Assembly (NCBI GenBank): GCA_963667015.2
Contig: CAXXJJ010000001.1
Span: forward strand, 1,600,001-1,664,000
Source: Desulfatiglandales bacterium
GTDB lineage: Bacteria; Desulfobacterota; DSM-4660; Desulfatiglandales; HGW-15
Length of the DNA: 64,000 nucleotides
Direction of reading: 5' to 3'
Shown one piece after another: positions 50,833 to 62,038 of the stretch; position 1 is the first letter of the stretch; every line of letters starts with the position of its first letter. Below the pieces are notes generated by a model. It searched no databases, had not been told where the DNA came from, and saw nothing but the letters and a program-made list of their open reading frames with translations. The translations under genes and the position numbers were made by a program.

Positions 50833-51668
50833 ATAGCTTAAATCCATAATGTTGTATTGGAGTCAGACAAAGCTTACCCCTTTTATAAATGGGGATGTTG
50901 TTAGGTTATTAGGTTGGCAGCAGTTGGATAATTTAAATATATCATGCTTCCCTGAGTGGACGCTCTTCATTATTTCATTATCTTATACTGCATCACTGAA
51001 GAGCATCCCTCTTGATTATTTTAAAAACAGGATCTCTCCTTTCAGTCGAGATGACAATTTATGCATGACACGACACTAGCCTTCCTTCATTTTTTCCGCC
51101 CCACAATGACATTTCTACACGTAACCCCCAGTATCCTTTTATTTTGCATTGCTGAAACAGTACCGGCCTGAAACCTCTCGGACGACATTGGCGCCTGCAT
51201 AACATGTGAAACTGCCCATCCCGCCTTCCTCATTAAAATGCCGTAATCAATTATTAAGATTGAGGATTCCTCATTCTCTTCAAGGGCCGGAGTACCCTGA
51301 AAATCACGCCAGTCAGCATTTATCATAACAATCCTTGTCCCTTTTTTACTGTTCTCAAGTGCCAGCCTGAAAAACCTTTCAAGAAAATCCAGGTATTCTT
51401 CCCGTGAGAGGTTCGATATGCTCTCTTCTTCATATTCCTTTGCCTTTTTACTGAAATAGGGAGGATCAAAGATAATAAGATCCGGCTTTGTCTTTCCATT
51501 GACAGGCCAATCGTCACCGAATCTCTTATCGCAGTCTACCCAGTACCAGTTGTCCCAGGTCCTGAGCCCCCATTTTAATTCCTGGTATTTGGCGGCGTCA
51601 TTTTTTCCTTCAAGTTTAAGGGCCCAGACCAGAGATTCAGGCCAACCGTGCTTTTCAGCTGTAAACAG

Positions 51669-52507
51669 TGGATATTCCGGGTCCGATTTCCCCATGAGTC
51701 CGGCCATTGGTTCCAATCGTTCCGGTGAAAAGTCCCAACCAATCCGGGGTAGTTCCAATCCAATTATGAACCTCTATAATGAGTAAATGTATCAAGATTT
51801 GATGTAAATTCATTATAGAGGAGGTCACCTATATGACCAAATATCGTGAGATCCTTAGACTGCATAGTCTTGGGATCAACCAAAGCGGTACAGCTAAAAG
51901 CTGTGGATGCTCAAGAAAGACAGTACGCAATGTGCTTAATCGAGCAAAGGAACTACAAATTGAATGGCCCTTAAATGCTGAGAGCACTGATGCTGAACTG
52001 AAAAAGCAACTGTTCCCGGAAAAAACCTCCAGAGAGTCATCACGTAAACACCCTGATTATGAATACATAGCCAGGGAAATGATGCGAAACGGGTTAACAC
52101 AAAAGCTTCTGTGGAATGAGTACTGTGAAGAATGCAGTCAGAGCAATGAGCTGCCTCTCATGTATTCTCAGTTCTTTTTTCATTATTAGGATTGTTCAGA
52201 AAAAAACGTGCTGCCTACATACCATCAGGAAACAAAGAGACCAGGTAGAAACCGAATAGACAGGAAATACAGCCTCTGTTATCGATCTGAATAAAATTTA
52301 ATGACGTTGGTGTTTTACGTTTTATTTTTTTATTATTTTTTTAGCTTCGCTATCCGTTTAAAAATGGAATCCTCATCCTGATTCCATGGAGCATACAGCA
52401 TTAAAAAAAAGTTTTACCGGTTCCTCACCGGAACCATTGGAACCCCATACCCGGATTCATTGGAACCAACCTTCCGGACAGGGTGGATTTTTTAACCGGT
52501 ATATCCA
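51669..52507 (+). mobile_element. Internally deleted IS21-family element nested in the outer element
   Basis: Ends tggatattccgg / ccggtatatcca, 5-bp direct repeat aacag, subterminal ggttccaat repeats. Confidence 0.8.
51833..52189 (+). pseudogene. istA: IS21 transposase N-terminal fragment
   Basis: REILRL...G......A.S...SR.TV, WPL, LLW.EY, YSQF; no DDE domain and no istB. Confidence 0.85.
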
Positions 52508-53790
52508 AACAGGTTTTTAGATTAGGGCAAAAAACAGGATTTAAAACTAGGCAATTTCTGATCTTAAACAAACTATTCCCTTTCGTTTTCCTATAACGAT
52601 TTTAAAATGAATAAAAAAGTATTGAAGTTGGCAATAGTAATATATGACCGACCGATATACTTTCTCCAATTAAGGGGTGAACAATATTGAGCGTATTGAC
52701 TGATAGGGTCAAAAAGATGGACCTATTTTTATATCTGTTCAAGTGAAACAGAAAACCTTCTTTTGCCACAATGTATGCGCCAATATCTCAGATCAATTAA
52801 TAATATGGGATCGGAAAGTTTTCACACCTTACATTTAGGCAACCCTCTCATATTGATCATTACACACTGAGATGCTCAATGACCAGAATGTGATCTATAG
52901 AATAACAAATGCAGCAAATTAAAAAACAAAAAAATGAATTATATGGACTTGTTACACAAGAGTTTTAAATTATATGAATAATATCCTTGATCCAAATGAA
53001 CAGGATCTATATCCTGTTTATATACTGATTTATATCCTTGAGAATTACATGAAATTAAATTCCTGGTAACATTTTCAGCGGTTTGAGAAACTGTAAAGCC
53101 TTTTTTCAAATCGCTATTTGGCGGATTTGGCAGTATCGCCAATTTCGCCAAATGATCTCTTACAGTTTCTCTGGCTATATCCAATCTTGATGCTATTCTG
53201 TCCTGAGGAATACCGAGACGGTGCATTCTGCACAATTTGAGATTTAATTTTTCCTGAATATTTGCCCTGAGATCCAATATATAATTATCTACAGCCTGCC
53301 TTGAACGACCGAACGCCTTGCCGATTTCTGCTGAGCTCAGCTTCGGATCATCCAGATAGCCCTTCTGGCAGCATCCCTTGCCTCTTCATCATTAAGCTGC
53401 CTTGGCCCTATTGCCTTACCTGCGGCATACAACAGAGGATGTGTGCCATTGAGATTAATTATTTCCGCCTTAACCTCTTTCTCTCCTAAACCTTTGTATG
53501 CTTTAAACCGGTGCGCGCCGTCCAGGATGCGGTATTTTCCAGGTTCATCCGGGTGGGCCTGAAGATGGATGGGATCAAACTCAAACCCGTCCCTCATGTT
53601 TTCCTCAAACATGGATACCCTTTTGTGATCAATGCTGATTCTCGGATAGATCTTGTTGTCCAGAACGATATCAGAGGTCTTTATAGATTGGAAAAAGAAT
53701 GGGTATCAGGTCTTCACAATTCACAAGATGCCAGGAGCGAAGACCTGAAACTTATGCTTCTAAATGACCGTTATAAGTTAACAGATCAGA

Positions 53791-54477
53791 TTATTCGTCA
53801 GTATCTTCGTCATCTCCCTCTGCTGCTTTCTGCATGCCTTTCATAAACTCTCCAAAAACTTTCCCTGCCTCTTCAGGAGTCATATCCTCCATTTCGCTGG
53901 AAAACTGCTCTGCGCTTTTCTGAAACTTCCTTGAGGTGCATTCGGAGCAGGTTGATAACATGGCCAGCAGAATACAGATTATACCAAAAACCATAAAGGC
54001 GGTCTTTTGGGCGATTTTATGTACCTCGGTACTGGCTGCCACCATCAGGTAAAACCACCAGACAAGACTGATAATGGCACCAAGATAAGGAATTATCCCC
54101 AGTAATACTGTGATCGGTGTAATGGCCATGGCATAGGCCATGCACCGGTAGGCTGTCTCATAAGGCTCCTTTGAATCCATTATTCGCCATATAATGAAAA
54201 TTATGGCCGCGCCTATAAAACTGAAAATTCCAACCATTACCGGATAAATAATAATGAATGCGATACCCATAAAAAATGATGCTGCACTCCCCAGGCTGAA
54301 AATGGAAAGAATTGCAGTGAGTATACCCGAAATTATTCCCATGGCAACGGCAAAGATTAAGGGCTCGATAAGCCCGCCGGTTTTGGGCATATCACGAAAA
54401 AATCCTGCTGGATTCGTAATGATTTTAACGGCTGTATTCAAAATGATGCTGACGTTTTTTTCCTTGTTCGGTTCCAT
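53791..54477 (-). CDS. Yip1-family membrane protein
   Basis: II..P..FF..M, five TM segments, Y....R..AYA. Confidence 0.82.
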   Translation of the reverse strand: MEPNKEKNVSIILNTAVKIITNPAGFFRDMPKTGGLIEPLIFAVAMGIISGILTAILSIFSLGSAASFFMGIAFIIIYPVMVGIFSFIGAAIIFIIWRIMDSKEPYETAYRCMAYAMAITPITVLLGIIPYLGAIISLVWWFYLMVAASTEVHKIAQKTAFMVFGIICILLAMLSTCSECTSRKFQKSAEQFSSEMEDMTPEEAGKVFGEFMKGMQKAAEGDDEDTDE

Positions 54478-55138
54478 AACCTGTTTATCCCTCCCTTTTA
54501 AATGACCATTTAATTTATCACGATATTTTCCTTAAAAAACCGGGATCGCGTCCCGGCTGAACAAATACAAAATATGTATACAGTGAAATAATGAATCGCG
54601 ATTCTGATTGTAAATAAAGGGGGCCACGTTTAGCTCTTTTACCTTTATTAGCAATAAATAATTTATTTAAAAACAACTGGATTCCCGTTTGAACCCAGTT
54701 AAATAAGATTTGAGCTTCTAAATCTTTCCTTGAGATCCTCAAGGATTTAACAGGGTAAAAATAACGATAAAAATACACTTAGTAATCTTTATACGATGAA
54801 GCTTATAGGCGCTTTATTGCAGATTTTTATTATATCCGAAAAGATCTTACTATTTTTAAATCTAATTTAAAAATAATTCAAGAAGGAAAATAAATAAAAT
54901 GGGTTATAAAGTCTCCTAATAGCTCATAGGCATATAAGTAATGAATAGGGTTAAAAAATAGTTGTAAATTGATAAAATATCGAAGATAAAAATAAGTAAA
55001 AATGAGCAAAACACATTAATGAGCTAAATGGAGATTTGCCCTCTTTTCATTGAATGAAAGCTGGACAATCCTTAAAGGCGTCCCATGAGTTTACACAAAT
55101 GTGAGTCTCAGGGTGTAAATCTAGAACATGAGTGTAAA

Positions 55139-55723
55139 ATGAGTAATAGCGAAATAATTACAGAAGAAGTAAAGCAGGAATTAAAGAATGTTAGATTTTC
55201 GACAAAAGATTTGTGCGGAAAAGAGTTCTACAATTGCACTTTATCAAATTGCATATTTTCAGATATTGATATGTCAGATTCAAAATTTTACGATACAATT
55301 TTTATAAATTGTAATTTTTCGAATTCAAGATATTCCGCTACCCAATTTAGGGATACATCATTTCGGGGTTGTAAGTTAATTGGTGCAGGATTTAGTGATA
55401 AAAATTTTGCTTTTTCCGCAAACTTCACTGAGTGCGATTTGAGATACGCAGAATTCTCGGGACTCAATTTAAGTAAAAAACATTTTCACCAATGCAATTT
55501 GGATGCGGCACGATTTATGCGGTGTAATTTAAAAGAAACAAAATTCACTGAATCGAGTTTTAAAGGTACAATATTTCATAACTGCAATCTTCAACATGCA
55601 ACATTTATTGAAGCCAAATATTTATTTATTGACCCAATGCAGAATAAAGTAAAGGATACTTCTGTTGATATATTAACAGCCGGAAATATTGTAAACCATT
55701 TTGGATTCAATATTGTGTGCTAA
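55139..55723 (+). CDS. Pentapeptide-repeat protein
   Basis: Tandem (A/C/S)xFxx / CxLxx pentapeptides. Alternative start at 55085. Confidence 0.88.
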   Translation: MSNSEIITEEVKQELKNVRFSTKDLCGKEFYNCTLSNCIFSDIDMSDSKFYDTIFINCNFSNSRYSATQFRDTSFRGCKLIGAGFSDKNFAFSANFTECDLRYAEFSGLNLSKKHFHQCNLDAARFMRCNLKETKFTESSFKGTIFHNCNLQHATFIEAKYLFIDPMQNKVKDTSVDILTAGNIVNHFGFNIVC

Positions 55724-55780
55724 AGGGTCAATATATACGTGTGAATGCGCATAAAATATTTTAAGAAAGGAAACACCATC

Positions 55781-57694
55781 ATGAAGAAAACACTACCCCT
55801 GTTACTCGTTTTGATTCTCCTCGTCTCAGTTGAAAATGTGCTGGCGCTTGGGTACACCGGCAGCCAGGGCAACGAGGCTACCTTCGAACTGCTTGAAGAA
55901 ACCCGCGTCAGCGGACCGATCGCAGTAGCTAATCTTGAAACCAATGCAGGCAAGTTATTTGTTTCCCATCCTGTACTGGATAATTATCCGGAGAAAACGA
56001 CCTATGTCTACCGTTCAGCCAACCTGTACGGCGGCCGTGCCTCCGCGAGGCAGAACACGAATATCGTCCTATTTGCTGAACAGAGCTTTGAAAGCAAGGA
56101 CGCAGCATATGCGTACATTAAAAACCTCGGCCTGATCTCCATCATCGACGAAGCCATCGGCAGCGTTGTGCTGGTGACTCCCTCAAACCCGAAAACAGGC
56201 TTCAGCGCAGCAGATCAGAAAAACTATTATGCGCTCCAGACCGCCATGTTCGCCCAGAAAGAAGGTGGACCCGGTGCCGGCAGGGCAAGTGTTGGTGCTG
56301 ATGGTAAGCCCATTAAATATTACTCCGACGCAGAGTACTTCGGCGGCTACAGTTTCTTCTATGTAGTCGGTATCGACGGCGGCGCGACCTTTGTGAACAA
56401 TTATGTTGCAGGCACGCTGGACTATGTCAGCCGCATCGGCTCGATGCTTCTGATCAACGGCAGGATGGAGCGTATCAGGGATGTAGCTGGTTACGTGCCG
56501 GCTTACCTTGTGAATGCGCCCCGGGAAGTTGTTGAGAAGTACAAGGCTGTTAACAAAGTGGATTCTGTCATTGTCGAAGGAGATAAGGAAACCACCTACT
56601 GCGCTGCGTTTCCCAGCCGCAAGGTTGTGACGCTGAATACAGCGGATGTTGATGCAGCAGGCCTCATCAAAGACGCTTACTACAACCTTTTTGTTAAAAC
56701 ACAGCGTTCACAGTCTACAGTCTCCGGCCTTCTTACCGCTTCTACGCCATATCAGGGCTACGGCTCTGATAACACGCCCTATTCCCTGATGCCCAGAAAC
56801 GCTATCATCAACGGCAGCACCGTGGACGGTATCAACATCTTCACGCATCAGGAAGACCGCTTCAACAGTGTAGCCACACCTAAAGGCGAATTCCTTGAAA
56901 CCTGGTATGAATACCTGCCCGACGAAGTGCTCAACGGCAAAGCCCCGGACGGCACCGTACCGCTGCTGATTCTCATGCATGGCGGTGGAGATGATCCTCG
57001 CCTCTACGTGGAAGAGCAGGGATATCTGGAGCTGATGGGCGCCGAGCGCATTGCGGCGGTTGCCTATGAACACCAGTACATTACCGACATCATCAGCAAA
57101 TGCACGCCCCTGATCGTTAAGTACATGCTGAAAAAGTATCCTGCGCTGGATCCTTCACGCGTGTACGTGACCGGCTACTCCATGGGCGGCTGGGCTACCC
57201 ATGACGCCGTTCTTGGCGGCGCCGAACTGTTTGCTGCTGCGGTTCCCCAGGCGATTATCGAGCGCAAACCCACTGAAGAGCAGCTTGCACAGTTCAAGTC
57301 GATCGACATTCCGGTTATGTGCACCACCTCTGAGTATGACTACTTTGCTGAAGCCGATACCCACAACATGGGTCCCCGTTACTATGTGCAGTTCAACCAG
57401 GTGCTGGGTTTCAACGAAATGCCCCTTCTGGATACCAAAAACCTGGACTATGACACCTATCCCATCTCCGGTTTCAAGGCCGATATCTACAGGAAAGTTA
57501 TCCTCAACGATGAGTATGCCAACCATACCTGGCTGTTCCTCAAGGATGGCATTCCGATGGCCGGCGTAAACTATACCGAGAATAACAAACATGCCCTGTA
57601 CGCCGAGTATGCCAACGTTGTCTGGGACTTCTGCAAACACTACAGCCGTGACCAGGTTACAAAGAAAATCATTTACGATCCCTATGTTCGCTAA
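55781..57694 (+). CDS. Secreted alpha/beta-hydrolase (esterase/PHB-depolymerase-like), paralogue 1
   Basis: Signal peptide; HGGGDD, RVYVTGYSMGG, C-terminal H...W.F...Y.R. Confidence 0.82.
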   Translation: MKKTLPLLLVLILLVSVENVLALGYTGSQGNEATFELLEETRVSGPIAVANLETNAGKLFVSHPVLDNYPEKTTYVYRSANLYGGRASARQNTNIVLFAEQSFESKDAAYAYIKNLGLISIIDEAIGSVVLVTPSNPKTGFSAADQKNYYALQTAMFAQKEGGPGAGRASVGADGKPIKYYSDAEYFGGYSFFYVVGIDGGATFVNNYVAGTLDYVSRIGSMLLINGRMERIRDVAGYVPAYLVNAPREVVEKYKAVNKVDSVIVEGDKETTYCAAFPSRKVVTLNTADVDAAGLIKDAYYNLFVKTQRSQSTVSGLLTASTPYQGYGSDNTPYSLMPRNAIINGSTVDGINIFTHQEDRFNSVATPKGEFLETWYEYLPDEVLNGKAPDGTVPLLILMHGGGDDPRLYVEEQGYLELMGAERIAAVAYEHQYITDIISKCTPLIVKYMLKKYPALDPSRVYVTGYSMGGWATHDAVLGGAELFAAAVPQAIIERKPTEEQLAQFKSIDIPVMCTTSEYDYFAEADTHNMGPRYYVQFNQVLGFNEMPLLDTKNLDYDTYPISGFKADIYRKVILNDEYANHTWLFLKDGIPMAGVNYTENNKHALYAEYANVVWDFCKHYSRDQVTKKIIYDPYVR

Positions 57695-57707
57695 ACCTGG
57701 AAAACCA

Positions 57708-57735
57708 GGGGATGCCGTTTTGTAACGTCATCCCC
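57708..57735 (+). terminator. Intergenic hairpin
   Basis: ggggatgccgtt-ttgt-aacgtcatcccc. Confidence 0.5.
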
Positions 57736-57829
57736 AACTTCACGTTAACCACCAGTAATAACAACCCTGGTATACAGCCTCATTATAAGGGGCTGTGATT
57801 TAACATCAAAATCAGAAAGGACATCCGGT

Positions 57830-59746
57830 ATGAAATCAAAACTACTCTGCCTTATTATGATCATAGGCTTTCTTCCTGCCGGCAATGCGTTTGCTGCGCC
57901 TTATCAGCAGCACCTTGCCAACAAGGCGACCTTTGAAACGCTGGAAGAAGCGCATAGGAACGGCCCGGTTGAACTTGCGGCACTGACCGGCCGCGTCTAT
58001 ACGCCGGATCCCGCGTTGGACAGCTATCCTGATGGTACGACCTATGTGTACCGCTCCGCCGGGATCTATACCAACTTAAGCGCGGCATTCCGCATGAACA
58101 CAAACATCCTGGTGTATACCGATCAGGCATTTAAAGATAAGGCGGATGCGCTGGCATATTTGAAATCTCTGGGCCTTACCGATATCGCTGATCAGGCATA
58201 CGGCAGTGTCGTACTGATCACGCCTGTCAACCCGAAGAGCGGTTTTGGTGCTGCTGACCAGTACGCGTATCTGAAACTGCAGGCTGCCATGTGCAATCTT
58301 GGTAAATCAGTCAGAGATGAGAAAGGTAATACGAAATATTACGCCGACAATACCTATTTCGGCGGTCTGACCTACCGGTATCTGATCGGCATCGAAGGCG
58401 GCGCTGACTTTGCCTGCAACTACGTTGCAAACACCCTGGATTATATCGGCCGTATTGCAGGCATGCTTCTTGTCAATCCGTCCATGAACGATGCGCTTGA
58501 CGTTGCGGCTATCGTACCCGTGTATCTGGTGAGCCCTGAAAATACAGTGTTTGAAAAGTTCCAGGCTGTCAACGAAGCGTTTGCAACCGAGACGACCAAA
58601 GACAAGATCACCTATTTCAACCAGCAGTTCCCGCTGCGTAAGGTTGTTGCAGCAAAAAGCGCAGACAAAGATCTTAGCGAATATGTAAGTGACGCTTACT
58701 ACTCCCTGCTGGTGAAAACCATGCGTACACCGGTTGTAAAGGGCGGTCTGTTCGTGGCCGCCAACGAGTTCAGCAGCTATAGCTGGAATAATGCACCCTA
58801 TGCGCTGACCGGGCGCAATGCAGTTCTGAATGGCGTTACGGCTGATGGCATCTATCTTATTGAGCATCAGGAAGATCGTTTCGCTGATATCAAAGCTAAA
58901 AATGGCGACTATCTGCAAACCTGGTATGAATTCCTGCCTGCTGAAGTGCTTGAACGTACAGCAGCAGACCATAGCATTCCTCTGATTCTCTGCAACCACG
59001 GCGGGGGAGACGACCCGGTGCAGGCGACTGACGAACTGGGTATGATTACGTTGGCCGGCAGCGAGCGTATTGCGCTCGTAGCGCCTCGTTATGCCAGCGA
59101 TAAAACCGCTTCGATCTTTGAAGGCTCACCCTTTGAGGTGAATGGGAAAACCCTCCCAGCACTGGTGCGGTATATGCTGGACACCTACCCCGCGCTGGAT
59201 CCGGGCCGTGTATATGCCACCGGTTACTCCATGGGTGGAGCCGCGACTGTGGAAGCTGTCGAATGGGCGCCGAAGCTGTTTGCAGCGACCGTTCCCATGG
59301 CCGCTGGTACACCCTGGGGCATCTACAAGCCCACAAAAAAACAAGCCGCTGTGTTTAAAAATATCGATGTAGCGATGATGTTCACAACCTCAGAGTTTGA
59401 TCTTGGCGGTGCCTTTGATCAGGCTGCGCATACATTGGGCGCAGGCTATCAGGAAGTAATCGCCCGCTTTGCGGAGTTCAACGAGCTTGGAACGCTGACC
59501 TATGATTTCAAAACTTATCCCCTCGTTGGCTTTGATGCGGACAGGATGGTTGTCAAAATGCTCAACGACGAATACAAAAACTCCACCTGGTACATGAACA
59601 ACGATGCGGGCATCCCGATGCTTGCTGTCAGCTTCACGGAAATGCTTCCCCACGGATTGCATCCCGAATATGGCACCATTGCCTGGGACTTCATGAAGCA
59701 CTACTCCCGCAATGCTGAGACCGGAAAACTGGTCTACACGCCATAA
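57830..59746 (+). CDS. Secreted alpha/beta-hydrolase, paralogue 2
   Basis: HGGGDD, GYSMGG, PHGL; colinear with paralogues 1 and 3. Confidence 0.82.
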   Translation: MKSKLLCLIMIIGFLPAGNAFAAPYQQHLANKATFETLEEAHRNGPVELAALTGRVYTPDPALDSYPDGTTYVYRSAGIYTNLSAAFRMNTNILVYTDQAFKDKADALAYLKSLGLTDIADQAYGSVVLITPVNPKSGFGAADQYAYLKLQAAMCNLGKSVRDEKGNTKYYADNTYFGGLTYRYLIGIEGGADFACNYVANTLDYIGRIAGMLLVNPSMNDALDVAAIVPVYLVSPENTVFEKFQAVNEAFATETTKDKITYFNQQFPLRKVVAAKSADKDLSEYVSDAYYSLLVKTMRTPVVKGGLFVAANEFSSYSWNNAPYALTGRNAVLNGVTADGIYLIEHQEDRFADIKAKNGDYLQTWYEFLPAEVLERTAADHSIPLILCNHGGGDDPVQATDELGMITLAGSERIALVAPRYASDKTASIFEGSPFEVNGKTLPALVRYMLDTYPALDPGRVYATGYSMGGAATVEAVEWAPKLFAATVPMAAGTPWGIYKPTKKQAAVFKNIDVAMMFTTSEFDLGGAFDQAAHTLGAGYQEVIARFAEFNELGTLTYDFKTYPLVGFDADRMVVKMLNDEYKNSTWYMNNDAGIPMLAVSFTEMLPHGLHPEYGTIAWDFMKHYSRNAETGKLVYTP

Positions 59747-59870
59747 TATCCGGACTGGACGTTGAACCATATGATATTTTCCGGGGCAATACACCCGCCC
59801 CGGAGTAAACCTGGATATGCCTGCAAAAACAATCCAGGTCATAAACAAAATAAAGGGAGTAAGAAAATCA

Positions 59871-61799
59871 ATGAACACAAAGAGACTCTTGAGCATCACG
59901 CTGGCTCTCGCACTCCTGTTTAGCGTCTTGCTTAGTGCCAGTGCATCCGCTGAATATTATCAGCAGCACCAAAGCAACCCGGCAATGATTGAGACCCTTG
60001 AGGAAGCGCATGCCAATGCGCCGGCTTACCTGACCAAGGAGTATGGCAGAATTTACGTTCCGGACCCTGCGTTGGATATGTATCCCCGGGGCACAACCTA
60101 TGTGTACCGTTCTGCCGGTGTTTTCAGTGCCACGACCGGCGCCAACCGCATGAATACAAATATTCTGGTGTACGCAGATCAATCCTTTAAAGATAAGGAT
60201 GCAGCTCTTACATACCTGCAGGATCTGGGTTTGACCGCAATTGCGGACGAAGCAACCGGAAGCGTTGTCCTGGTCACGCCGATCAACCCCGAGAATGGCT
60301 TTGGCGATGCTGACCAGTATGCATTCTATCAGCTCCAATCCGCGATGTGCAACATCGGTTTCGCCGTTCGCGGAACTGATTCCACTACCTATTATGCCGA
60401 TGCGGCGTATTTTGGCGGCCTCACCTACCGTTATCTGATCGGTTTTGATGGAGGCGCGACGTTCCTAAACAACTATATCTCCGGCGAAATTGATTACATC
60501 AGCCGTATTGCAGGCATGCTGCTTGTGGGCGGCAATATGGAAAAGATCCGCACAGTCGCATCGCCTGTACCGGTCTGGCTGGTCAACCCCTCTGAAGCGA
60601 TCGCTGCCAAATATGCCGCAGGCAATGAAACGGACAGCAAAGGCCGTAATGGCAACGACGAAGTTTACTACAATCAGGAGCACCCGCTCCAGCAGGTGAT
60701 TGTGACCAGGACCGAAAAAATTGATCCGGCAGGCTTCGTGCACAACGCTTACTATGATTTGTTCATCAAAGCGTTCCGCATCCCTGTTGTTAAGGCGGGC
60801 TTGAATACTGCCTCAACCGATTACCGCAACTACCGCTGGAACCAGGCGCCCTACTCTCTTGGAGAGCGCAGCGCGATTATCAATGGCGTAACTCCGGACG
60901 GCATCCACGTCTTTGAGCGTCAGGGCGAGACCTTCAGCGATTACAAGGCGTCCAACGGCGAGTACATTACGACCTGGTACGAGTTCCTGCCCACGGAAGT
61001 ACTCGACGGCAACGCGCCTGAGCACAGCATTCCTCTGATCCTGGTCAACCATGGCGGCGGAGACGATCCTGTGCAGTGCGTAGACGAGCTGGGCTTTTTA
61101 ACTCTGGCCGGTAAGGAACGTGTGGCAATGGTCGCAGAGCGGCATGCGTCTGAAGATCCCGGTTCAAACTTTATGAGCGCTTCACCCTATGAAACGATGT
61201 CTGAAGTTCTGCCTGCGCTGGTGCGCTATATGCTTAAAACCTACCCGCAGCTTGACCCGGAACGCGTGTATGTAACGGGTTACTCCATGGGCGGCGGTGC
61301 TACTAACCGTGCTGTGTATGGCGACGCCAGTGTATTTGCGGCTGCTGTGAACATGTCAGGAACCCCGTACACGCATCTGGACGGACAGGAACTGCAGTTT
61401 GCAGACATCGACATCCCTATGATGCTGACGACCTGCACCTATGACACCATTACCCACTTTGATTCCGCGAAGGGCTACATTGCGCCGGACTTCCAGATGA
61501 ACATCAACGATTATCTAGGCTACAACGAAATGCCTACGGTCGAGTTCGACTTTGAAACCTATCCGATTAGCGGCTTCAGTGGCGATGTCTACCGTAAAAC
61601 GATGATCAACGATGAGTACCCGCTTTATACCTGGTTCTTCCTCAATGAAAAGGGCGCACCAATGGTTGGGCTGAACGTTATCGAGTTCATTCCTCATGGC
61701 TTGTATCAGGAATACGCGAAGCTGGCCTGGGACTACTTCAGGCAGTTTAGCCGCGATCAGAATACCGGCGAAATCGTCTATCACTCCTATGCCAAATAG
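59871..61799 (+). CDS. Secreted alpha/beta-hydrolase, paralogue 3
   Basis: HGGGDD, GYSMGG, PHGL. Confidence 0.82.
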   Translation: MNTKRLLSITLALALLFSVLLSASASAEYYQQHQSNPAMIETLEEAHANAPAYLTKEYGRIYVPDPALDMYPRGTTYVYRSAGVFSATTGANRMNTNILVYADQSFKDKDAALTYLQDLGLTAIADEATGSVVLVTPINPENGFGDADQYAFYQLQSAMCNIGFAVRGTDSTTYYADAAYFGGLTYRYLIGFDGGATFLNNYISGEIDYISRIAGMLLVGGNMEKIRTVASPVPVWLVNPSEAIAAKYAAGNETDSKGRNGNDEVYYNQEHPLQQVIVTRTEKIDPAGFVHNAYYDLFIKAFRIPVVKAGLNTASTDYRNYRWNQAPYSLGERSAIINGVTPDGIHVFERQGETFSDYKASNGEYITTWYEFLPTEVLDGNAPEHSIPLILVNHGGGDDPVQCVDELGFLTLAGKERVAMVAERHASEDPGSNFMSASPYETMSEVLPALVRYMLKTYPQLDPERVYVTGYSMGGGATNRAVYGDASVFAAAVNMSGTPYTHLDGQELQFADIDIPMMLTTCTYDTITHFDSAKGYIAPDFQMNINDYLGYNEMPTVEFDFETYPISGFSGDVYRKTMINDEYPLYTWFFLNEKGAPMVGLNVIEFIPHGLYQEYAKLAWDYFRQFSRDQNTGEIVYHSYAK

Positions 61800-61952
61800 A
61801 CCGACTTGACCCTGTGTATTTTATGGAGGATGTCAACGAGCTGGCATCCTCCGCTCAGACTCTTAATATCGAACGATCGCATCTTTGCTGCCCACTGGTT
61901 GTGATCCAAGCTCTGCAGGGCGGACTATCAAAAAAGATAAAGGAAAAACAAC

Positions 61953-62038
61953 GATGTTGCGTCTTGACATTTAACAGGACTTTAAATTCTAGACTTCTTC
62001 TTTTTGGCCGCTTCTGTCCAATGTCCAGACCTGACACC
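61953..62038. mobile_element. Degenerate miniature RAYT-type IR pair (no transposase)
   Basis: 62015-62038 tgtccaatgtccagacctgacacc resembles the RAYT1 right IR. 61953-61976 matches its reverse complement at 17/24. Confidence 0.55.

Larger units (their letters stand above)
51660..53071. mobile_element. Non-autonomous TGT...ACA element with 8-bp target duplication
   Basis: ttttcagc at 51652-51659 and 53072-53079; the uninterrupted site is visible in the paralogue near 6878-6885. Confidence 0.8.
51087..53684 (-). pseudogene. Disrupted ParB-HTH-HTH-DNA methyltransferase fusion gene
   Basis: ParB-N (IYPR, ILDGAHR), frameshift near 53359, HTHs, insertion 51660-53071, then an MTase with DPPY but lacking the DPMAGGG segment present in the 6085 paralogue. 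No start codon. Confidence 0.82.

Noticed and set aside
49960..51079. Complete type II restriction-modification system
   Set aside because: No recognisable endonuclease gene; the 50849-51079 ORF looks spurious.
55139..55723. qnr quinolone-resistance gene
   Set aside because: Pentapeptide repeats alone are not diagnostic, and I cannot confirm Qnr-specific loops.
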